From Thermoanaerobaculia bacterium (lineage in GTDB: Bacteria > Acidobacteriota > Thermoanaerobaculia > Multivoradales > UBA5704): 64,000 nt of DNA. The notes beneath the pieces are model-generated. The model had not been told where the DNA came from. It did no database searches and was given only the letters and a program-made list of their open reading frames with translations. Where the stretch lies: positions 4,996 to 68,995 of the forward strand of contig DASWRX010000316.1 in NCBI GenBank assembly GCA_036402955.1. The letters are read 5' to 3'. Made by a program: the position numbers and the translations under genes. Positions 55,975 through 64,000 of this stretch are shown here, one piece after another (the stretch's first letter is position 1; the number at the start of each line of letters is the position of its first letter).

Positions 55975-57033
55975 TCAGGCGTCCGCGAGGAAATGCGGCG
56001 TCCGGCTCCGCACGCCGATGCGGACCATGGAGCCCGGCTCCGGCGCCGTGCCCGGCGGGAAGTGGGCGAGCACCTCGGCGCCGTTCTCGAGGGTGAGCAG
56101 GACACGGTCGTGCGGTCCCAGGCCGCGCGCGTCCGCCACGGTGGCGACGGCCCCCTGCGGGTCCTCGGTGACGTCCTCGGGCCGCACCAGGAGCCAGCCG
56201 CGGACGGGTCCCGCGGGGAGCGGTAGCCGCCCGAGCGGCGTGCGCGCGGGCCTGCCGTCGCCCCCCGCCTCCACCGCCACCTCCACCAGGTTCGCCTCGC
56301 CAAGGAAGGAGGCCACGAAGGGGGATGCCGGCCGGCGGTAGAGGTCGAGCGGCGGCCCGGCCTGCACGACGCTCCCCGCATTGAGCACCACGAGGTGATC
56401 GGCGAGGAGCATCGCCTCCTCTTGGTCGTGGGTGACGTAGAAGACGGTGGTGCCCAGCTTGCGCAGCAGCGAGGCGAGCTCGGTGCGGACGGTGCGGCGC
56501 AGGCGGGCGTCGAGGGCGGAGAGCGGCTCGTCGAGCAGGAGCAGCGCCGGCCGCGGCGCCACCGCCCGCGCCAGGGCCACCCGCTGCTGCTCGCCCCCCG
56601 AGAGCTGCGAGGGCTTGCGATCGAGCAGCCGCTCGAGGCCGAGCAGGGCCGCGGCGTCCCACACACGCGCCTCCAGCGTGTGGCGCGACGGGCGCCGCCG
56701 CGAGCTGCGCAGCGAGAAGCGCCGGCGCCCGGTCTTCAGGCCGAAGGCGATGTTGTCCCGCACCGTGAGGTGGGGGAAGAGGGCGTAGGACTGGAAGACC
56801 ACTCCCACGTCCCGCCGCTCGGTGGGCACGCCGGTCACGTCCTCGCCGTCGAAGAGGATCCTGCCGGAAGCGGGGTGGAGCAGGCCGGCGAGGAGCTGCA
56901 GCAGGGTCGACTTGCCCGAGCCCGAGGGACCGATCAAGACCGTGATCCCACCGTCCGGCAGCTCCAGGCAGACGCCGGCGAGCACCGGCTCCCGGCCGTA
57001 GGCGAAGGCGACCTGCTCGACGTGGACCTTCAT
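55975..57033 (-). CDS. ABC transporter ATP-binding protein (PotA/FbpC-like with C-terminal TOBE-like region)
   Basis: GPSGSGKST, LSGGEQQR, LLLLDEPLSALD. Confidence 0.85.
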   Translation of the reverse strand: MKVHVEQVAFAYGREPVLAGVCLELPDGGITVLIGPSGSGKSTLLQLLAGLLHPASGRILFDGEDVTGVPTERRDVGVVFQSYALFPHLTVRDNIAFGLKTGRRRFSLRSSRRRPSRHTLEARVWDAAALLGLERLLDRKPSQLSGGEQQRVALARAVAPRPALLLLDEPLSALDARLRRTVRTELASLLRKLGTTVFYVTHDQEEAMLLADHLVVLNAGSVVQAGPPLDLYRRPASPFVASFLGEANLVEVAVEAGGDGRPARTPLGRLPLPAGPVRGWLLVRPEDVTEDPQGAVATVADARGLGPHDRVLLTLENGAEVLAHFPPGTAPEPGSMVRIGVRSRTPHFLADA

Positions 57034-57049
57034 GGCCGGAGGGTGAGGG

Positions 57050-57850
57050 TCATGCCGGCAGCCCGCGGTGGAACTCGTCGCCGCCGAGCGCCTGGATGGC
57101 GATCAGCGCCGGCACGACCGGCGCCAGGAAGACGACCGTCGCCGCGGCCGCCACCGGGAAGGAGTTGGTGGTGTAGGCGAGGTAGAGCCCCGCCGGGAAG
57201 GTCTGGATCAGGGGGGTGGCGAGCAGGAAGCTGACGTTGAACTCCCCCCAGGAGACGGCGAAGACGAGGAGCGCGGAGAGGATCAGCGAGGGCAGGAGCA
57301 GCGGCAGCGTCACCCGCGACGCCGTCTCCCACCTGCCGGCGCCCAGGCTGCGGGCGGCCGGCTCCAGGCGCGGATCGAGGGTCTCGACGGAGTTGCCCAC
57401 CGTCTTCACCACCAGCGGCACGGTGTAGGCGAGATGGCCGCCGACCAGCAGCCAGAAGCGCGGGAAGCCGCCGGCCGTCTGGATCAGCGCGAAGGCGAGC
57501 GCCACCCCGGGCACGGCCAGCGGCACCAGGGCCGCCGACTCCAGCAGCCGCGAGCCTGGGAACGGCCGCCGCCGGAACGCCCAGGCCGCCGGCGCGCCGA
57601 TCAGCAGCGCCATCGGCGCCACCGCCACCACCACCTCGGCCGAGCGCAGCAGCGCCCCGCCCCAGGTCTCCGTCACGTAGGAGAACAGCGCCGGAGCATC
57701 CGCCACCCGCGCCCCCTCGGAGCGCTCGCCGTACCACTCCGCGCGCGAGAAGGCGCCCACCGCGGTGATGGCGATCGGCGCCACCAGCGCCACCGCCAGG
57801 AGTCCCACCGCCGCGATGCCCAGCCGCCGCATTATTTCCGGCCTCATCAT
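57050..57850 (-). CDS. ABC transporter permease
   Basis: Six-TM permease with EAA loop (EPAARSLGAGRWETASRVTLP). Trimmed to ATGATG at 57850, overlapping the upstream stop. Confidence 0.8.
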   Translation of the reverse strand: MMRPEIMRRLGIAAVGLLAVALVAPIAITAVGAFSRAEWYGERSEGARVADAPALFSYVTETWGGALLRSAEVVVAVAPMALLIGAPAAWAFRRRPFPGSRLLESAALVPLAVPGVALAFALIQTAGGFPRFWLLVGGHLAYTVPLVVKTVGNSVETLDPRLEPAARSLGAGRWETASRVTLPLLLPSLILSALLVFAVSWGEFNVSFLLATPLIQTFPAGLYLAYTTNSFPVAAAATVVFLAPVVPALIAIQALGGDEFHRGLPA

Positions 57851-58662
57851 CGCCGCCCCGCCGCCAGCAGCCGGCCCACCGCCAGCGTGGAGGCGGCCAG
57901 CGCCAGGCAGAGGGCCCCGGCCACGTCGTCGTTGAGGAATCCCGTCATCTCCGTGTAGATCTCGAGCGGCGCCACCGTGAACCGCCGCGCCAGGATCAGC
58001 GCCACGCCGAACGATCCCATCGACGCCGAGAAAGTCACCGCCAGGGTCGAGCGCAACGCCGGCGCGGCGATCGGCAGCGCCACCGTGAGCAGCCGCTCGA
58101 GCGGCCCGGCGCCGAGCGTGCGCGCCGCCGCGTCCAGCTCGCCCGGAAAGCGGCGGAACGCCGACTCGAGCGTCATCACAGCCCGAGGAACTTCGAAATA
58201 TAAGTATGCGATAAATAACCCGCCAACGGTATAGGCGGCGCCCGCGAACGCCTCCCGGCCGGTGAGGAAACCGAGCGCCTTGGGAATGGCGCCGATGCGG
58301 CCGAGGAGCACCACCATCAGGAATCCCACCAGGACGCCCGAGAAGGTGAGCGGCAGGGAGATGGCGGTCCGCAGTACGTCCCGGCCGCGGAACCGCTGGC
58401 GCGCCAGCACCCACGCCGGAGCGATGGCGAGCAGCAGGGAGACGACCGCCGCCGCCGCGGAGAGGGCCAGCGAGTTGACCAGCGCCGTGCGGTACCGCCC
58501 CGCCACCAGCACCTCCCGCACCGCGGCTCCGCCCGGCTCGGTGAGCGCCCGCGACGCCAGGTGGGCCAGCGGCCAGGCCACCCCGGCGACGAGGAACAGC
58601 AGCAGCGGCAGCGCCAGGAGGGCTCCGGTCCAGGAGGGGGCGATGGGCTGGGGGCGGGTCAT
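57847..58662 (-). CDS. ABC transporter permease
   Basis: EAA loop DAAARTLGAGPLERLLTVALP. Confidence 0.8.
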   Translation of the reverse strand: MTRPQPIAPSWTGALLALPLLLFLVAGVAWPLAHLASRALTEPGGAAVREVLVAGRYRTALVNSLALSAAAAVVSLLLAIAPAWVLARQRFRGRDVLRTAISLPLTFSGVLVGFLMVVLLGRIGAIPKALGFLTGREAFAGAAYTVGGLFIAYLYFEVPRAVMTLESAFRRFPGELDAAARTLGAGPLERLLTVALPIAAPALRSTLAVTFSASMGSFGVALILARRFTVAPLEIYTEMTGFLNDDVAGALCLALAASTLAVGRLLAAGRR

Positions 58663-58694
58663 GAGTACTAAGTGGCTGAGCTAGGTCGAAAAAC

Positions 58695-59717
58695 TCACCT
58701 CCCGCTCCCCCGGATCTCCTCCACCCAGGCCTTTTTCAGCGCATCGGCGGCGGCGGCCATCTTCGCCAGGTCGAGCGCGCGGGCCCGCCGGTACTCCTGC
58801 GGGGGGAGGAGGCGGGCGGCGATCTCCTTCGGCAGGGCGCCGGGGACGACCGGCAGGAAGTAGGCCTTGGCGAACTCTCCCTGCGCCGGCGGGGTCAGCA
58901 GCCAGTCGAGGTAGCGCTCCGCCTCGGCCTTGTGCGGCGCGCCCTTGACCAGGGCCATCACCAGCGGCATGGTGAACGTCCCCTCGGCGGGGATCACCAC
59001 CTCGACCGGGGCGCCGTCCACGTACTTCATCTTGTAGCCGTTGCCGTCGGCGTTGATCCAGATCGGCACCTCGCCGCGCAGCACCGAGTTGTAGATCGAC
59101 TCGCGCGGATAGGAGGAGGCGTTGGCGTCGAGCTTCTTCAAATATCCGAGCCCCGGCCGGAAGTCTTTCTCGCTCCCCTTCATCAGGTCGTTGAGACCAT
59201 AGACGAGGGTGTAGGAGGTGCCGCCCCAGGTGGGATCGTCGTAGGCGATCTTCCCCTTGTAGATGGGCTTCAGCAGGTCCTGCCACGAGCGTGGGACCGG
59301 CGCCCCGCCCAGCGCCCTGGTGTTGACGATGAACGCGATGGCGCTGGTGTGGACGGTCCACCAGAGGCCGTTCGGGTCCTTCAGGCCGGCGGGGATCTTC
59401 TCCCATCCCTTCGGCTTGTAGGCCTCGTGCAAACCCTTCTGGGCGGCCTGGAAGCCGATCGCGCCCGAATAGTACACGGTGTCGGCCTGCGGGGCGTCCT
59501 TCTCCTTCTCGAGGGCGGCGAGAGCCACCGACGAGCCCTTGGGGTCCGGCGGCACGGTGACCCCGGCGACCTGCTTGTAGAGGGCGGTGACGCCGCCCCA
59601 GTTGGCATAGTTGGGGATGCAGTCGTACTGGATGACGACCTTCTCCTGCGTTGTCTGCGCGGCGGCGAAGGCGGCCACAGCCAGCGCGGCGAAGGTGAGA
59701 AAGAGCTTGCGGTTCAT
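58695..59717 (-). CDS. ABC transporter periplasmic substrate-binding protein (family 1, PotD/FbpA-like)
   Basis: Signal peptide MNRKLFLTFAALAVAAFAAAQ and family-1 SBP-like sequence. Trimmed from the 456-aa ORF. Confidence 0.75.
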   Translation of the reverse strand: MNRKLFLTFAALAVAAFAAAQTTQEKVVIQYDCIPNYANWGGVTALYKQVAGVTVPPDPKGSSVALAALEKEKDAPQADTVYYSGAIGFQAAQKGLHEAYKPKGWEKIPAGLKDPNGLWWTVHTSAIAFIVNTRALGGAPVPRSWQDLLKPIYKGKIAYDDPTWGGTSYTLVYGLNDLMKGSEKDFRPGLGYLKKLDANASSYPRESIYNSVLRGEVPIWINADGNGYKMKYVDGAPVEVVIPAEGTFTMPLVMALVKGAPHKAEAERYLDWLLTPPAQGEFAKAYFLPVVPGALPKEIAARLLPPQEYRRARALDLAKMAAAADALKKAWVEEIRGSGR

Positions 59718-59734
59718 GGAGGTCTCCTCGCCGG

Positions 59735-61000
59735 TCAGAACTTGATCTGGAGCTGATTGAGCACGGTGGGACGCCAGCCGGCGCCTTTCTTGAAGACGCC
59801 GTTGCCACGGCCGTCGAAGTGCTCGCCGATGACGTTGATCTGCCAGCGCGTCCAGCCGTTGAACCAGACGTTGGCGCCGGCGGTGACGGCGACGATCTTG
59901 CGGCCGTCGAGCGTCCGCACGGCGTCGCCCGAGAGCTGTGCCGCCTCGGCCCGCAGGAGGGGCTGGACGCCGCCGTCCGCCTCGCTCCCGCGCGCCCATA
60001 CGGCGCCCTGGACGTAGCCGCCGTCCAGCTTGGCGCCGCTGTCGCGGAAGTCGAAGCCGAGCCACTCGGAATCGAAGGAGAGCCGGCCATGCTTCCAGTG
60101 GATGTCGAGGTCATAGCCGCGGCGCTGCCCCTGGACGTTCAGGCCGATGAACTTGCCGCCGGAGTAAGAGGCGAGGGTCAGCGTCTGCTCCTCCTCGCGG
60201 TCGGTGTCGAAGGCGGCGCCGGTGGTCAGCGCGTCGGTCCACTTGACGTTGAGCCGTCCCTGGACCTCCTTGGCGCCGTTGTTGTCACGGGCGTTGCCGC
60301 GCTGGCCGCTGACCACCGCGGCGCCGGCCGAGGAGTTGCCGTTCCAGACGCCCAGGTAATAGGTCACCTTCTTGCCGGGATCGAGATACCCCCAGAGCAT
60401 CGGGCCGAACTGCACGTCGAGCGCCGGCAGGCTGAAGGCGGCGTTGAGCGCGAGGTAGCGCTCGACGGTGTCGAGAGCGCGCGAGGAGCGCAGGTTCTCG
60501 GTGCTGAACGGGGTGATGAACTTACCGAAGCGCAGGTAATGGCGGTCCTTGACGTAGGCCGCCTGGACGTACGCCTCGACCAGCGCCGTGCCGTCCGCGG
60601 GAGCGGCGTCGGCCTCGATGAACAGCTTGTAGCGCTCGTCGTAATCCGCCGCGAAGTCGAGCCGCGCGCGGCGGACGCGGAAATCGGTCTGCTCGAAGGC
60701 GAGGCCGTTGTCCTTGTCGGTATAGGTGAACGTCGGCTGGGCGTAGCCGTAGAGCCGGAACAGGGCCCTGCCGTCCGGCGACTTGACGAAGACGCCTCCC
60801 CCCTGCGGATTGATCCCCGCCGTCCACTGCCGCTTCTCCCGCTCCTTGAGCTGCCGCTCGACCTCGGCCTTGACCTTGGCGTCGATCCCGGCGTCGTCGC
60901 CCTCCGGCTGCTGGGCGAGGGCGGGCAGGCCCGCCGCGAACCCCGAAATGAAAAACAACATTACCAGCGGAGCCGCAAGGCTCCTGGAAAGCTGACCCAT
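59735..61000 (-). CDS. porin, phosphate-selective OprO/OprP family
   Basis: Signal peptide. FRVRRARLDF...YLRFGKFITPFS..E pattern typical of porin O/P. Ends with aromatic ...QLQIKF. Confidence 0.7.
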   Translation of the reverse strand: MGQLSRSLAAPLVMLFFISGFAAGLPALAQQPEGDDAGIDAKVKAEVERQLKEREKRQWTAGINPQGGGVFVKSPDGRALFRLYGYAQPTFTYTDKDNGLAFEQTDFRVRRARLDFAADYDERYKLFIEADAAPADGTALVEAYVQAAYVKDRHYLRFGKFITPFSTENLRSSRALDTVERYLALNAAFSLPALDVQFGPMLWGYLDPGKKVTYYLGVWNGNSSAGAAVVSGQRGNARDNNGAKEVQGRLNVKWTDALTTGAAFDTDREEEQTLTLASYSGGKFIGLNVQGQRRGYDLDIHWKHGRLSFDSEWLGFDFRDSGAKLDGGYVQGAVWARGSEADGGVQPLLRAEAAQLSGDAVRTLDGRKIVAVTAGANVWFNGWTRWQINVIGEHFDGRGNGVFKKGAGWRPTVLNQLQIKF

Positions 61001-61028
61001 GATTCCCTCCTCGATCGGTTGAAAGACG

Positions 61029-61724
61029 TTAGTGCAGCCGGGGCGCGGAGAGGAGGGGGACGGGAGGAGGGCGGTTCGCGAGGGGATGGCCGAGCGGAGC
61101 GGACGCCGCGCGGCGGACCTCCTCCGGCCCGCGGGGACGAGCGGCCACGAGCAGGGCGGTCAGCTCGCGGTCCCCCCAGGCAGTAAGGGCGAGCAGGTCG
61201 GCGCGGCGGTCGACGTCCTCCAGGGGATCGAGCGTCGCTGGAGCGTCGGCGTTCGCGGCATTCGCGGCCAAGTCGGCGAAGGTGTGGGAGGTCCGCCAGC
61301 GGACTCCGGCGAAGAGAGGGGTGGGATCGATGCGGCAGCCGATCAGATAGGCGCCGCCGTCGGGCGACGGTCCGAGGACGACCGCGGCCTCCTGGAGCCG
61401 CCGGAACGCCTCGGCGAGCTGCCGGGCTCCCAGCCGCGGCACGTCGGTGGGGACGGCGACGATCTGCTCGTAGCCGCGGTCCCGGGCCGCCGCGAAGGCG
61501 TTGGCGAGCCGCTCGGCGAAGCCGTTCCCCCGTTGCGGCAGCATCCCGCCGGAGCCCACGACCAGCAGGTCGACCCCCGGCAGCGTCGCCGCCGCGGCGG
61601 CGACGCGCCGCCGCCCCAGGGCGAAGATCCCCCGGGCGCGGGCGAGCCGCTTGGCGGATGCCTCCTCGCCCGGCGCCCGGGCGAACAGGAGGATGCAGCG
61701 GGTGTTCTTGCGGAATGCTTCCAC
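61029..61724 (-). CDS. DUF2064 (TIGR04282-type) nucleotidyl/glycosyl-transferase-like protein
   Basis: ILLFARAP..., VAVPTDVPRL, GPSPDGGAYLIG. Confidence 0.65.
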   Translation of the reverse strand: MEAFRKNTRCILLFARAPGEEASAKRLARARGIFALGRRRVAAAAATLPGVDLLVVGSGGMLPQRGNGFAERLANAFAAARDRGYEQIVAVPTDVPRLGARQLAEAFRRLQEAAVVLGPSPDGGAYLIGCRIDPTPLFAGVRWRTSHTFADLAANAANADAPATLDPLEDVDRRADLLALTAWGDRELTALLVAARPRGPEEVRRAASAPLGHPLANRPPPVPLLSAPRLH

Positions 61725-61923
61725 GTTGGGTCCCGAGAGCTTATACGAGGATTGGGGCGGGACGGATGGCCCCCGGACCGAATATCTGCGACAATATCGA
61801 AAGTTTTCTAATTAACTTCCCGGTTGGGGAGGCGGTCCGTCCGGCTCCCTCTCGGGGCGACGGTGTCCGCGAGGCCACCCGGCATCGGTCCGGGGGAATC
61901 CGCGCGGAGCCAGGAGGGGCTCC

Positions 61924-62733
61924 ATGGAGTTGTTGAAATCCGTCCGCCTGATCTCGAACGTCCTCTTCTACCGGTTCAAATGGGGCAAGCCCGGCGAGGT
62001 CGACCGCCATTGGGAGAACTACTGGAAGTCGATCGAGAAGACCGGCCGCGGCGGCGACGTGCTCTGGGACAACGAGCCCGAGCGCGCGTCCGCGGAGGAC
62101 CTGAAGCGGTTCAAGCCGCTGATCCTGGACCCCAGCCTCCCCCTGCTCGACTTCGGGTGCGGCAACGGCCGCCAGACCCGCTATCTCGTCCAGCACTTCG
62201 ACCGCGTGCTGGGGACGGACGTCTCCCCCTCGGCGGTCGCCAAGGCCCGGGCGGAGACCCCCGCGGACCTGAAGATCGAGTACCGGGTGCTCAACGGGCT
62301 GCAGCCCGCCGAGGCCGAGGCGTTCCACGACGAATTCGGGGACGTCAACATCTACATGCGCACGGTCATGCACGTCTTCCAGGACGAGGACAAGCCGACG
62401 CTCGCGGAGACCCTGGCGAACCTGCTCGGCGAGCGGGGAACGCTCTACCAGATCGAGCTCTCGCTCTGCGCCCTCGACTACTTCCGCACCCTGCCGGGCG
62501 ACAGCCCCTCGGGCCTGCCGCGGCACGTCCACAACGTCATCCGCACGGGCGCCACCTCGGTCGGGTTCGAGCCCACGCAGCGGCCCCGGGTCTATCCGGA
62601 CGCCAAGTGGCAGGTCATCGCCCAAGGGGACGACGTCACCATCAACACCGTGCCGCTGTCGCACGGCGAGGAGGGGCACGTGCCGGCCAACTACCTGGTG
62701 CTGCGCACGCGGCGCAACGGCGCGCACGCCTGA
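61924..62733 (+). CDS. class I SAM-dependent methyltransferase
   Basis: Motif I LLDFGCGNGRQT followed by VLGTDVS. Confidence 0.75.
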   Translation: MELLKSVRLISNVLFYRFKWGKPGEVDRHWENYWKSIEKTGRGGDVLWDNEPERASAEDLKRFKPLILDPSLPLLDFGCGNGRQTRYLVQHFDRVLGTDVSPSAVAKARAETPADLKIEYRVLNGLQPAEAEAFHDEFGDVNIYMRTVMHVFQDEDKPTLAETLANLLGERGTLYQIELSLCALDYFRTLPGDSPSGLPRHVHNVIRTGATSVGFEPTQRPRVYPDAKWQVIAQGDDVTINTVPLSHGEEGHVPANYLVLRTRRNGAHA

Positions 62734-62761
62734 GGGAGCCCCGCCCTGTCATAATCCCCGC

Positions 62762-63733
62762 ATGGGGCCCGAGCTCTCCGTCGTCATTCCAACCCACAAC
62801 CGCCTGGAGGTCCTCGCCGAGGTCCTCCAGGCGCTGGAATTCCAGCAGGCCCCGCCACCGTTTGAGATCGTAGTGGTGGACGACGGCTCGGTGGACGGCA
62901 CCGGCGACTGGCTGCGCGGCCGGACGTTCCGGGTGCCGTTGCGGGTCATCGTCCAGGAGAACCACGGGCCGGCGGCGGCGCGGAACACCGGCGTGGCCGC
63001 CGCCTCCGGGCGCTGGGTGGCCTTTCTGGGGGACGACACCGTCCCTTCGCCAGGATGGCTGGCGACCCATCGCGAGGCCCACCGGAAGCGCGGCGACGAC
63101 CCCCACCTGGCGGTCATCGGCCACACCGGCTGGCACCGGCGCATGAAGCTCAATCCCTTCCTGCGCTACATCAACGAGCACGGTCTGCAATTCGGTTATG
63201 CGCTGATCGACGACAAAGAAGACGTACTGTTCAATTTTCTATACACCTCGAACCTGTCCATGCCCCGCGACCTGCTGCTCGCCGAACCCTTCGACCTCCG
63301 CTTTCCCCATGCGGCATGGGAGGATATCGAGCTGGGGTACCGGCTCAAGCGACGGGGGATGCGGCTGGTCTACGAGCCCGCGGCCACCGTGGCGCACGAT
63401 CATCCGACCGATCTGGCGCGTTTCGCGGCGCGCCAGGAGAAGGCCGGCTACTGCGCCGTGGTCTTCTACCGCCTGCACCCGGAGCTCGGTCCCTTCCTGG
63501 GGATCGGTCCGGACGGGCCGCCGCCGCTGCCGCCCACGGAGCCGCAGCGGCGCCGGGAACGCCTGGTCCGCGCCTTGCAAAATTGGCCCCTCAGTATCCC
63601 ACGGATGTGGGAGGACGTGCTGCGCTATCACTACATCAAAGGTCTTCACCGCGCCTGGTCTGAATTGGGCGCGGCGTTGGAAAAGGAGAGTACACATGAT
63701 GACCCACAGACCCGCCGGACGGCTCCCGCTTAG
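62762..63733 (+). CDS. family 2 glycosyltransferase
   Basis: LSVVIPTHNR, IVVVDDGSVDGT, FLGDDTV. Confidence 0.78.
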   Translation: MGPELSVVIPTHNRLEVLAEVLQALEFQQAPPPFEIVVVDDGSVDGTGDWLRGRTFRVPLRVIVQENHGPAAARNTGVAAASGRWVAFLGDDTVPSPGWLATHREAHRKRGDDPHLAVIGHTGWHRRMKLNPFLRYINEHGLQFGYALIDDKEDVLFNFLYTSNLSMPRDLLLAEPFDLRFPHAAWEDIELGYRLKRRGMRLVYEPAATVAHDHPTDLARFAARQEKAGYCAVVFYRLHPELGPFLGIGPDGPPPLPPTEPQRRRERLVRALQNWPLSIPRMWEDVLRYHYIKGLHRAWSELGAALEKESTHDDPQTRRTAPA

Positions 63734-64000
63734 GGCCGCTGCGTGGGGGTTCGCCGCACTGCTGGTCGCGGCGCTTCCCGTCGCGGCCCAGGGCCGCTCC
63801 TCACACGGGGGGGGCGGCGGCGGCGGACGATCGGCCCATTCGACCGGTTCTTCCCATTCGGGCGCGCCGGGCGCGCCCCACTCCGGCGGCGGCCGCTCCG
63901 CCCATCAGGTTCCGGGCGGCGGCTCTCATGGCGGCCATGATGGCGACCACGGCGGCCACGAGGGTTGGCACGGCGGCCACGGCGGCTGGCACGGCGGTGG
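63696..64000 (+). CDS. secreted Gly/His-rich low-complexity protein (5' part; runs off the window)
   Basis: My translation from ATGATG after AAAAGGAGAG reads MMTHRPAGRLPLRAAAWGFAALLVAALPVAAQ (signal peptide). It continues GRSSHGGGGGGGRSAHSTGSSHSG...HGGHDGDHGGHEGWHGGHGGWHGG. It is not in the ORF track because it has no stop in the window. Confidence 0.55.
   Translation, partial: MMTHRPAGRLPLRAAAWGFAALLVAALPVAAQGRSSHGGGGGGGRSAHSTGSSHSGAPGAPHSGGGRSAHQVPGGGSHGGHDGDHGGHEGWHGGHGGWHGG

Overview
Very GC-rich bacterial chromosomal segment with no transposase, integrase, phage or CRISPR content. The protein families present (acidobacterial-type VWFA-related proteins, TonB-dependent receptor with a carboxypeptidase-regulatory-like domain, many TPR lipoproteins) suggest an Acidobacteriota-like organism; that is inference. 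The left half (1-33.3 kb) is mostly housekeeping. It holds folE (partial), kynB-like, hbd, an aminotransferase, an M61 peptidase, ribBA, bamA preceded by tamB, nadK, tlyA, and an LPS/lipid-A remodelling group. It continues with ymdB, rny, a candidate 6S RNA directly downstream of zapA, pyrD, and the classic block tRNA-Val x2 / thrS / infC / rpmI / rplT / pheS / pheT / zapB-like, then an rlmI-like gene. The centre (33.4-55.9 kb) is the most unusual part: about 22 kb encoding only predicted secreted or lipid-anchored proteins. On the minus strand lie four tandem paralogous ~720-740 aa VWA-domain proteins behind a transglutaminase-like/TPR lipoprotein. On the plus strand lie a TonB-dependent receptor, a CarboxypepD_reg/TPR protein, two tandem sulfatase-fold/TPR lipoproteins with a Thr-type active-site motif, a TPR protein and a secreted agmatine-deiminase/PAD-like enzyme. 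The two arms diverge from a 430-nt intergenic region carrying two back-to-back sigma-54-type promoter matches. The right end holds a porin-ABC importer operon, a DUF2064/methyltransferase/GT2 group and a partial Gly/His-rich secreted protein. Other observations: a ~340-nt array of self-complementary 21-nt tandem repeats; two genes whose conserved N-termini lie upstream of any ATG/GTG/TTG; and an ATC start for infC. Most long ORFs in the supplied track that lie antisense to these genes are GC-driven shadow ORFs and were not called.
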